Shown here in pieces: positions 1 to 11,232 of a stretch of DNA of 64,000 nucleotides. The DNA lies in NCBI GenBank assembly GCA_964057225.1, contig OZ059894.1, positions 19,654,001-19,718,000 on the forward strand, read 5' to 3'. Numbering within the stretch: position 1 is the stretch's first letter; every line of letters begins with the position of its first letter. The notes under the pieces are model-generated. The model did no database searches. It was given only the letters and a program-made list of their open reading frames with translations, and was not told the origin of the DNA. Origin of the DNA: Auanema rhodensis (taxonomy: Eukaryota > Animalia > Nematoda). Both the position numbers and the translations under genes were made by a program.

Positions 1-63
1 TACATTGAGAAACGCTCAATACAAAAATTAGTTATGATCGTTTGAAAAATGATGCATTAGTGT

Positions 64-91
64 ATGTTGAGTTTCCATGTACACTCAACAT
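64..91. other. Perfect 9-bp inverted repeat with 10-nt loop, repeated in essentially every monomer
   Basis: ATGTTGAGT (64-72), loop TTCCATGTAC, ACTCAACAT (83-91); the arms are exact reverse complements. Confidence 0.95.
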
Positions 92-104
92 TGCTTCCAA
101 AAAC

Positions 105-139
105 ATTTTGACAAAAATTTTTTCGAAAAATTTCAGAAT
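105..139. other. Imperfect A/T-rich palindrome with a perfect 12-bp core, TTTTTCGAAAAA (119-130)
   Basis: ATTTTGA (105-111) pairs with TCA(A/G)AAT (133-139); the core 119-130 is self-complementary. Confidence 0.85.
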
Positions 140-241
140 AATTTAGCAAAAAGTAGATGTTTTTAGATTCCTTTTTTCAAGGCAAAGACGATGGACAATG
201 TTATTCAACGAAAAAATTAATTCTTCAGGGTGAAAATCGAG

Positions 242-263
242 GATATAAGTGTGAACTTATATC
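242..263. other. Perfect 9-bp inverted repeat with a GTGA 4-nt loop, repeated in most monomers
   Basis: GATATAAGT (242-250), loop GTGA, ACTTATATC (255-263). Confidence 0.95.
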
Positions 264-273
264 AGTTGATATC

Positions 274-340
274 TCGGTGCATTTTTAAGCTAGCGCAAAT
301 CTGATAACACAGATCGACGCAGCTTAAAAATCCGCATCGA
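274..340. other. 67-nt imperfect hairpin, repeated in each monomer
   Basis: TCGGTGC/GCATCGA (one G.T), ATTTTTAAGCT/AGCTTAAAAAT (perfect 11 bp), GCG/CGC and ATCTG/CAGAT, closed by loop ATAACA (304-309). Confidence 0.92.
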
Positions 341-3300
341 ATGCACTATACTACATTGAAAAACGCTTAATACAAAAATTAGTTATGATCGTTTGAAAAA
401 TGATGCATTAGTGTATGTTGAGTTTCCATGTACACTCAACATTGCTTCCAAAAACATTTTGACAAAAAGTTTTTCGAAAAATTTCAAAATAATTTAGCAA
501 AAAGTAGATGTTTTTAGATTCCATTTTTCAAGGCAAAGACGATGGACAATGTTATTCAACGAAAAAATTAATTCTTCAGGGTGAAAATCGAGGATATAAG
601 TGTGAACTTATATCAGTTGATATCTCGGTGCATTTTTAAGCTAGCGCAAATCTGATAACACAGAACGACGCAGCTTAAAAATCCGCATCGAATGCACTAT
701 ACTACATTGAGAAACGCTTAATACAAAAATTAGTTATGATCGTTTGAAAAATGATGCATTAGTGTATGTTGAGTTTCCATGTACACTCAACATTGCTTCC
801 AAAAACATTTTGACAAAAATTTTTTCGAAAAATTTCAGAATAATTTAGCAAAAAGTAGATGTTTTTAGATTCCTTTTTTCAAGGCAAAGACGATGGACAT
901 TGTTATTCAACGAAAAAATTAATTCTTCAGGGTGAAAATCGAGGATGTAAGTGTGAACTTATATCAGTTGATATCTCGGTGCATTTTTAAGCTAGCGCAA
1001 ATCTGATAACACAGAACGACGCAGCTTAAAAATTCGCATCGAATGCACTATACTACATTGAAAAACGCTTAATACAAAAATTAGTTATGATCGTTTGAAA
1101 AATGATGCATTAGTGTATGTTGAGTTTCCATGTACACTCAACATTGCTTCCAAAAACATTTTGACAAAAATTTTTTCGAAAAATTTCGAAATAATTTAGC
1201 AAAAAGTAGATGTTTTTAGATTCCTTTTTTCAAGGCAAAGACGATGGACAATGTTATTCAACGAAAAAATTAATTCTTCAGGGTGAAAATCGAGGATATA
1301 AGTGTGAACATATATCAGTTGATATCTCGGTGCATTTTTAAGCTAGCGCAAATCTGATAACACAGAACGACGCAGCTTAAAAATTCGCATCGAATGCACT
1401 ATACTACATTGAAAAACGCTTAATACAAAAATTAGTTATGATCGTTTGAAAAATGATGCATTAGTGTATGTTGAGTTTCCATGTACACTCAACATTGCTT
1501 CCAAAAACATTTTGACAAAAATTTTTTCGAAAAATTTCGAAATAATTTAGCAAAAAGTAGATGTTTTTAGATTCCATTTTTCAAGGCAAAGACGATGGAC
1601 AATGTTATTCAACGAAAAAATCAATTCTTCATAGTGAAAATCGAGGATATAAGTGTGAACTTATATCAGTTGATATCTCGGTGCATTTTTAAGCTAGCGC
1701 AAATCTGATAACACAGAACGACGCAGCTTAAAAATCCGCATCGAATGCACTATACTACATTGAGAAACGCTTAATACAAAAATTAGTTATGATCGTTTGA
1801 AAAATGATGCGTTAGTGTATGTTGAGTTTCCATGTACACTCAACATTGCTTCCAAAAACATTTTGACAAAAAGTTTTTCGAAAAATTTCAAGATAATTTA
1901 GCAAAAAGTAGATGTTTTTAGATTCCATTTTTTAAGGCAAAGACGATGGACAATGTTATTCAACGAAAAAATTAATTCTTCAGGGTGAAAATCGAGGATA
2001 TAAGTGTGAACTTATATCAGTTGATATCTCGGTGCATTTTTAAGCTAGCGTAAATCTGATAACACAGAACGACGCAGCTTAAAAATCTGCATCGAATGCA
2101 CTATACTACATTGAGAAACGCTTAATACAAAAATTAGTTATGATCGTTTGAAAAATGATGCATTAGTGTATGTTGAGTTTCCATGTACACTCAACATTGC
2201 TTCCAAAAACATTTTGACAAAAATTTTTTCGAAAAATTTCAGAATAATTTAGCAAAAAGTAGATGTTTTTAGATTCCTTTTTTCAAGGCAAAGACGATGG
2301 ACAATGTTATTCAACGAAAAAATTAATTCTTCAGGGTGAAAATCGAGGATATAAGTGTGAACTTATATCAGTTGATATCTCGGTGCATTTTTAAGCTAGC
2401 GCAAATCTGATAACACAGATCGACGCAGCTTAAAAATCCGCATCGAATGCACTATACTACATTGAAAAACGCTTAATACAAAAATTAGTTATGATCGTTT
2501 GAAAAATGATGCATTAGTGTATGTTGAGTTTCCATGTACACTCAACATTGCTTCCAAAAACATTTTGACAAAAAGTTTTTCGAAAAATTTCAAAATAATT
2601 TAGCAAAAAGTAGATGTTTTTAGATTCCATTTTTCAAGGCAAAGACGATGGACAATGTTATTCAACGAAAAAATTAATTCTTCAGGGTGAAAATCGAGGA
2701 TATAAGTGTGAACTTATATCAGTTGATATCTCGGTGCATTTTTAAGCTAGCGCAAATCTGATAACACAGAACGACGCAGCTTAAAAATCCGCATCGAATG
2801 CACTATACTACATTGAGAAACGCTTAATACAAAAATTAGTTATGATCGTTTGAAAAATGATGCATTAGTGTATGTTGAGTTTCCATGTACACTCAACATT
2901 GCTTCCAAAAACATTTTGACAAAAATTTTTTCGAAAAATTTCAAAATAATTTAGCAAAAAGTAGATGTTTTTAGATTCCATTTTTTAAGGCAAAGACGAT
3001 GGACAATGTTATTCAACGAAAAAATTAATTCTTCAGGGTGAAAATCGAGGATATAAGTGTGAACTTATATCAGTTGATATCTCGGTGCATTTTTAAGCTA
3101 GCGTAAATCTGATAACACAGAACGACGCAGCTTAAAAATCTGCATCGAATGCACTATACTACATTGAGAAACGCTTAATACAAAAATTAGTTATGATCGT
3201 TTGAAAAATGATGCATTAGTGTATGTTGAGTTTCCATGTACACTCAACATTGCTTCCAAAAACATTTTGACAAAAATTTTTTCGAAAAATTTCAGAATAA

Positions 3301-6300
3301 TTTAGCAAAAAGTAGATGTTTTTAGATTCCTTTTTTCAAGGCAAAGACGATGGACAATGTTATTCAACGAAAAAATTAATTCTTCAGGGTGAAAATCGAG
3401 GATATAAGTGTGAACTTATATCAGTTGATATCTCGGTGCATTTTTAAGCTAGCGCAAATCTGATAACACAGATCGACGCAGCTTAAAAATCCGCATCGAA
3501 TGCACTATACTACATTGAAAAACGCTTAATACAAAAATTAGTTATGATCGTTTGAAAAATGATGCATTAGTGTATGTTGAGTTTCCATGTACACTCAACA
3601 TTGCTTCCAAAAACATTTTGACAAAAAGTTTTTCGAAAAATTTCAAAATAATTTAGCAAAAAGTAGATGTTTTTAGATTCCATTTTTCAAGGCAAAGACG
3701 ATGGACAATGTTATTCAACGAAAAAATTAATTCTTCAGGGTGAAAATCGAGGATATAAGTGTGAACTTATATCAGTTGATATCTCGGTGCATTTTTAAGC
3801 TAGCGCAAATCTGATAACACAGAACGACGCAGCTTAAAAATCCGCATCGAATGCACTATACTACATTGAGAAACGCTTAATACAAAAATTAGTTATGATC
3901 GTTTGAAAAATGATGCATTAGTGTATGTTGAGTTTCCATGTACACTCAACATTGCTTCCAAAAACATTTTGACAAAAATTTTTTCGAAAAATTTCAAAAT
4001 AATTTAGCAAAAAGTAGATGTTTTTAGATTCCATTTTTCAAGGCAAAGACGATGGACAATGTTATTCAACGAAAAAATTAATTCTTCAGGGTGAAAATCG
4101 AGGATATAAGTGTGAACTTATATCAGTTGATATCTCGGTGCATTTTTAAGCTAGCGCAAATCTGATAACACAGAACGACGCAGCTTAAAAATCCGCATCG
4201 AATGCACTATACTACATTGAGAAACGCTTAATACAAAAATTAGTTATGATCGTTTGAAAAATGATGCATTAGTGTATGTTGAGTTTCCATGTACACTCAA
4301 CATTGCTTCCAAAAACATTTTGACAAAAATTTTTTCGAGAAATTTCAAAATAATTTAGCAAAAAGTAGATGTTTTTAGATTCCATTTTTCAAGGCAAAGA
4401 CGATGGACAATGTTATTCAACAAAAAAATTAATTCTTCAGGGTGAAAATCGAGGATATAAGTGTGAACTTATATCAGTTGATATCTCGGTGCATTTTTAA
4501 GCTAGCGCAAATCTGATAACACAGAACGACGCAGCTTAAAAATCCGCATCGAATGCACTATACTACATTGAGAAACGCTCAATACAAAAATTAGTTATGA
4601 TCGTTTGAAAAATGATGCATTAGTGTATGTTGAGTTTCCATGTACACTCAACATTGCTTCCAAAAACATTTTGACAAAAATTTTTTCGAAAAATTTCAGA
4701 ATAATTTAGCAAAAAGTAGATGTTTTTAGATTCCTTTTTTCAAGGCAAAGACGATGGACAATGTTATTCAACGAAAAAATTAATTCTTCAGGGTGAAAAT
4801 CGAGGATATAAGTGTGAACTTATATCAGTTGATATCTCGGTGCATTTTTAAGCTAGCGCAAATCTGATAACACAGATCGACGCAGCTTAAAAATCCGCAT
4901 CGAATGCACTATACTACATTGAAAAACGCTTAATACAAAAATTAGTTATGATCGTTTGAAAAATGATGCATTAGTGTATGTTGAGTTTCCATGTACACTC
5001 AACATTGCTTCCAAAAACATTTTGACAAAAAGTTTTTCGAAAAATTTCAAAATAATTTAGCAAAAAGTAGATGTTTTTAGATTCCATTTTTCAAGGCAAA
5101 GACGATGGACAATGTTATTCAACGAAAAAATTAATTCTTCAGGGTGAAAATCGAGGATATAAGTGTGAACTTATATCAGTTGATATCTCGGTGCATTTTT
5201 AAGCTAGCGCAAATCTGATAACACAGAACGACGCAGCTTAAAAATCCGCATCGAATGCACTATACTACATTGAAAAACGCTTAATACAAAAATTAGTTAT
5301 GATCGTTTGAAAAATGATGCATTAGTGTATGTTGAGTTTCCATGTACACTCAACATTGCTTCCAAAAACATTTTGACAAAAATTTTTTCGAAAAATTTCG
5401 AAATAATTTAGCAAAAAGTAGATGTTTTTAGATTTCTTTTTTCAAGGCAAAGACGATGGACAATGTTATTCAACGAAAAAATTAATTCTTCAGGGTGAAA
5501 ATCGAGGATATAAGTGTGAACATATATCAGTTGATATCTCGGTGCATTTTTAAGCTAGCGCAAATCTGATAACACAGAACGACGCAGCTTAAAAATTCGC
5601 ATCGAATGCACTATACTACATTGAAAAACGCTTAATACAAAAATTAGTTATGATCGTTTGAAAAATGATGCATTAGTGTATGTTGAGTTTCCATGTACAC
5701 TCAACATTGCTTCCAAAAACATTTTGACAAAAATTTTTTCGAAAAATTTCGAAATAATTTAGCAAAAAGTAGATGTTTTTAGATTCCATTTTTCAAGGCA
5801 AAGACGATGGACAATGTTATTCAACGAAAAAATCAATTCTTCATAGTGAAAATCGAGGATATAAGTGTGAACTTATATCAGTTGATATCTCGGTGCATTT
5901 TTAAGCTAGCGCAAATCTGATAACACAGAACGACGCAGCTTAAAAATCCGCATCGAATGCACTATACTACATTGAGAAACGCTTAATACAAAAATTAGTT
6001 ATGATCGTTTGAAAAATGATGCGTTAGTGTATGTTGAGTTTCCATGTACACTCAACATTGCTTCCAAAAACATTTTGACAAAAAGTTTTTCGAAAAATTT
6101 CAAGATAATTTAGCAAAAAGTAGATGTTTTTAGATTCCATTTTTTAAGGCAAAGACGATGGACAATGTTATTCAACGAAAAAATTAATTCTTCAGGGTGA
6201 AAATCGAGGATATAAGTGTGAACTTATATCAGTTGATATCTCGGTGCATTTTTAAGCTAGCGTAAATCTGATAACACAGAACGACGCAGCTTAAAAATCC

Positions 6301-9300
6301 GCATCGAATGCACTATACTACATTGAGAAACGCTTAATACAAAAATTAGTTATGATCGTTTGAAAAATGATGCATTAGTGTATGTTGAGTTTCCATGTAC
6401 ACTCAACATTGCTTCCAAAAACATTTTGACAAAAATTTTTTCGAAAAATTTCAGAATAATTTAGCAAAAAGTAGATGTTTTTAGATTCCTTTTTTCAAGG
6501 CAAAGACGATGGACAATGTTATTCAACGAAAAAATTAATTCTTCAGGGTGAAAATCGAGGATATAAGTGTGAACTTATATCAGTTGATATCTCGGTGCAT
6601 TTTTAAGCTAGCGCAAATCTGATAACACAGATCGACGCAGCTTAAAAATCCGCATCGAATGCACTATACTACATTGAAAAACGCTTAATACAAAAATTAG
6701 TTATGATCGTTTGAAAAATGATGCATTAGTGTATGTTGAGTTTCCATGTACACTCAACATTGCTTCCAAAAACATTTTGACAAAAAGTTTTTCGAAAAAT
6801 TTCAAAATAATTTAGCAAAAAGTAGATGTTTTTAGATTCCATTTTTCAAGGCAAAGACGATGGACAATGTTATTCAACGAAAAAATTAATTCTTCAGGGT
6901 GAAAATCGAGGATATAAGTGTGAACTTATATCAGTTGATATCTCGGTGCATTTTTAAGCTAGCGCAAATCTGATAACACAGAACGACGCAGCTTAAAAAT
7001 CCGCATCGAATGCACTATACTACATTGAGAAACGCTTAATACAAAAATTAGTTATGATCGTTTGAAAAATGATGCATTAGTGTATGTTGAGTTTCCATGT
7101 ACACTCAACATTGCTTCCAAAAACATTTTGACAAAAATTTTTTCGAAAAATTTCAGAATAATTTAGCAAAAAGTAGATGTTTTTAGATTCCTTTTTTCAA
7201 GGCAAAGACGATGGACATTGTTATTCAACGAAAAAATTAATTCTTCAGGGTGAAAATCGAGGATATAAGTGTGAACTTATATCAGTTGATATCTCGGTGC
7301 ATTTTTAAGCTAGCGCAAATCTGATAACACAGAACGACGCAGCTTAAAAATTCGCATCGAATGCACTATACTACATTGAAAAACGCTTAATACAAAAATT
7401 AGTTATGATCGTTTGAAAAATGATGCATTAGTGTATGTTGAGTTTCCATGTACACTCAACATTGCTTCCAAAAACATTTTGACAAAAATTTTTTCGAAAA
7501 ATTTCGAAATAATTTAGCAAAAAGTAGATGTTTTTAGATTCCATTTTTCAAGGCAAAGACGATGGACAATGTTATTCAACGAAAAAATCAATTCTTCATA
7601 GTGAAAATCGAGGATATAAGTGTGAACTTATATCAGTTGATATCTCGGTGCATTTTTAAGCTAGCGCAAATCTGATAACACAGAACGACGCAGCTTAAAA
7701 ATCCGCATCGAATGCACTATACTACATTGAGAAACGCTCAATACAAAAATTAGTTATGATCGTTTGAAAAATGATGCATTAGTGTATGTTGAGTTTCCAT
7801 GTACACTCAACATTGCTTCCAAAAACATTTTGACAAAAATTTTTTCGAAAAATTTCAGAATAATTTAGCAAAAAGTAGATGTTTTTAGATTCCTTTTTTC
7901 AAGGCAAAGACGATGGACATTGTTATTCAACGAAAAAATTAATTCTTCAGGGTGAAAATCGAGGATATAAGTGTGAACTTATATCAGTTGATATCTCGGT
8001 GCATTTTTAAGCTAGCGCAAATCTGATAACACAGAACGACGCAGCTTAAAAATTCGCATCGAATGCACTATACTACATTGAAAAACGCTTAATACAAAAA
8101 TTAGTTATGATCGTTTGAAAAATGATGCATTAGTGTATGTTGAGTTTCCATGTACACTCAACATTGCTTCCAAAAACATTTTGACAAAAATTTTTTCGAA
8201 AAATTTCGAAATAATTTAGCAAAAAGTAGATGTTTTTAGATTCCTTTTTTCAAGGCAAAGACGATGGACAATGTTATTCAACGAAAAAATTAATTCTTCA
8301 GGGTGAAAATCGAGGATATAAGTGTGAACATATATCAGTTGATATCTCGGTGCATTTTTAAGCTAGCGCAAATCTGATAACACAGAACGACGCAGCTTAA
8401 AAATTCGCATCGAATGCACTATACTACATTGAAAAACGCTTAATACAAAAATTAGTTATGATCGTTTGAAAAATGATGCATTAGTGTATGTTGAGTTTCC
8501 ATGTACACTCAACATTGCTTCCAAAAACATTTTGACAAAAATTTTTTCGAAAAATTTCGAAATAATTTAGCAAAAAGTAGATGTTTTTAGATTCCATTTT
8601 TCAAGGCAAAGACGATGGACAATGTTATTCAACGAAAAAATCAATTCTTCATAGTGAAAATCGAGGATATAAGTGTGAACTTATATCAGTTGATATCTCG
8701 GTGCATTTTTAAGCTAGCGCAAATCTGATAACACAGAACGACGCAGCTTAAAAATCCGCATCGAATGCACTATACTACATTGAGAAACGCTTAATACAAA
8801 AATTAGTTATGATCGTTTGAAAAATGATGCATTAGTGTATGTTGAGTTTCCATGTACACTCAACATTGCTTCCAAAAACATTTTGACAAAAATTTTTTCG
8901 AGAAATTTCAAAATAATTTAGCAAAAAGTAGATGTTTTTAGATTCCATTTTTTGAGGCAAAGACGATGGACAATGTTATTCAACAAAAAAATTAATTCTT
9001 CAGGGTGAAAATCGAGGATATAAGTGTGAACTTATATCAGTTGATATCTCGGTGAATTTTTAAGCTAGCGCAAATCTGATAACACAGATCGACGCAGCTT
9101 AAAAATTCGCATCGAATGCACTATACTACATTGAAAAACGCTTAATACAAAAATTAGTTATGATCGTTTGAAAAATGATGCATTAGTGTATGTTGAGTTT
9201 CCATGTACACTCAACATTGCTTCCAAAAACATTTTGACAAAAATTTTTTCGAGAAATTTCAAAATAATTTAGCAAAAAGTAGATGTTTTTAGATTCCATT

Positions 9301-11232
9301 TTTTGAGGCAAAGACGATGGACAATGTTATTCAACAAAAAAATTAATTCTTCAGGGTGAAAATCGAGGATATAAGTGTGAACTTATATCAGTTGATATCT
9401 CGGTGCATTTTTAAGCTAGCGCAAATCTGATAACACAGAACGACGCAGCTTAAAAATCCGCATCGAATGCACTATACTACATTGAGAAACGCTTAATACA
9501 AAAATTAGTTATGATCGTTTGAAAAATGATGCATTAGTGTATGTTGAGTTTCCATGTACACTCAACATTGCTTCCAAAAACATTTTGACAAAAATTTTTT
9601 CGAAAAATTTCAGAATAATTTAGCAAAAAGTAGATGTTTTTAGATCCCATTTTTCAAGGCAAAGACGATGGACAATGTTATTCAACGAAAAAATTAATTC
9701 TTCAGGGTGAAAATCGAGGATATAAGTGTGAACTTATATCAGTTGATATCTCGGTGCATTTTTAAGCTAGCGCAAATCTGATAACACAGAACGACGCAGC
9801 TTAAAAATCCGCATCGAATGCACTATACTACATTGAGAAACGCTTAATACAAAAATTAGTTATGATCGTTTGAAAAATGATGCATTAGTGTATGTTGAGT
9901 TTCCATGTACACTCAACATTGCTTCCAAAAACATTTTGACAAAAATTTTTTCGAAAAATTTCAGAATAATTTAGCAAAAAGTAGATGTTTTTAGATCCCA
10001 TTTTTCAAGGCAAAGACGATGGACAATGTTATTCAACGAAAAAATTAATTCTTCAGGGTGAAAATCGAGGATATAAGTGTGAACTTATATCAGTTGATAT
10101 CTCGGTGCATTTTTAAGCTAGCGCAAATCTGATAACACAGATCGACGCAGCTTAAAAATCCGCATCGAATGCACTATACTACATTGAAAAACGCTTAATA
10201 CAAAAATTAGTTATGATCGTTCGAAAAATGATGCATTAGTGTATGTTGAGTTTCCATGTACACTCAACATTGCTTCCAAAAACATTTTGACAAAAATTTT
10301 TTCGAAAAATTTCAGAATAATTTAGCAAAAAGTAGATGTTTTTAGATTCCTTTTTTCAAGGCAAAGACGATGGTCAATGTTATTCAACGAAAAAATCAAT
10401 TCTTCAGGGTGAAAATCGAGGATATAAGTGTGAACTTATATCAGTTGATATCTCGGTGCATTTTTAAGCTAGCGCAAATCTGATAACACAGATCGACGCA
10501 GCTTAAGAAACCGCATCGAATGCACTATACTACATTGAGAAACGCTTAATACAAAAATTAGTTATGATCGTTTGAAAAATGATGCATTAGTGTATGTTGA
10601 GTTTCCATGTACACTCAACATTGCTTCCAAAAACATTTTGACAAAAATTTTTTCGAAAAATTTCAGAATAATTTAGCAAAAAGTAGATGTTTTTAGATTC
10701 CATTTTTCAAGGCAAAGACGATGGACAATGTTATTCAACGAAAAAATTAATTCTTCAGGGTGAAAATCGAGGATATAAGTGTGAACTTATATCAGTTGAT
10801 ATCTCGGTGCATTTTTAAGCTAGCGCAAATCTGATAACACAGAACGACGCAGCTTAAAAATCCGCATCGAATGCACTATACTACATTGAAAAACGCTTAA
10901 TACAAAAATTAGTTATGATCGTTCGAAAAATGATGCATTAGTGTATGTTGAGTTTCCATGTACACTCAACATTGCTTCCAAAAACATTTTGACAAAAATT
11001 TTTTCGAAAAATTTCAAAATAATTTAGCAAAAAGTAGATGTTTTTAGATCCCATTTTTCAAGGCAAAGACGATGGACAATGTTATTCAACGAAAAAATTA
11101 ATTCTTCAGGGTGAAAATCGAGGATATAAGTGTGAACTTATATCAGTTGATATCTCGGTGCATTTTTAAGCTAGCGCAAATCTGATAACACAGAACGACG
11201 CAGCTTAAAAATCCGCATCGAATGCACTATAC

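Larger units (their letters stand above)
1..351. repeat. Representative 351-bp monomer (phase arbitrary), about 32% GC, rich in A/T tracts and inverted repeats
   Basis: Hand count: 54 C, 58 G, 12 CpG. Many A4-6/T4-6 tracts, e.g. at 23, 45, 99, 113, 118, 126, 148, 160, 172, 211, 282 and 326. Confidence 0.97.
1..8775. repeat. Left variant domain: degenerate ~6-monomer higher-order pattern
   Basis: Markers TTCATAG (1632, 5844, 7599, 8652), AAAAGTTTT, GAACATAT, AATTCGC, CAAGAT and GCGTAAAT. Monomers at 1054-2808 recur at 5266-7020 (offset 4212=12x351). Confidence 0.8.

Noticed and set aside
197-213. CENP-B-box-like motif on the minus strand (TTTCGTTGAATAACATT)
   Set aside because: It matches only the TTCG....A half and lacks the essential CGGG.
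140-235. Hammerhead ribozyme/retrozyme: the minus strand has CTGAAGA (plus-strand TCTTCAG, 222-228) and a downstream GAAA, and ~350-bp tandem repeats in newts and schistosomes carry hammerheads
   Set aside because: I could not build stem II closing between CUGAAGA and GAAA, a valid NUH cleavage site, or stem I. The plus-strand CTGATAA (301-307) does not fit CUGANGA. An Infernal search with the Rfam hammerhead models would settle it.
242-263. Intrinsic terminator or TATA-like promoter (GATATAAG)
   Set aside because: The stem is A/T-rich with no following U tract and there is no gene context; such motifs are expected by chance in 68% A+T DNA.
1-351. Tandem 5S rRNA, tRNA, snRNA or spliced-leader gene unit
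   Set aside because: I could not recognise a 5S, tRNA or snRNA sequence, Pol III A/B boxes, or a known spliced-leader sequence on either strand. An Rfam scan was not run.
1-351. Assignment to the Drosophila 1.688 (359-bp) family or to a tenebrionid ~350-bp satellite
   Set aside because: Only size and A+T content are similar; I could not confirm sequence identity without a database search.
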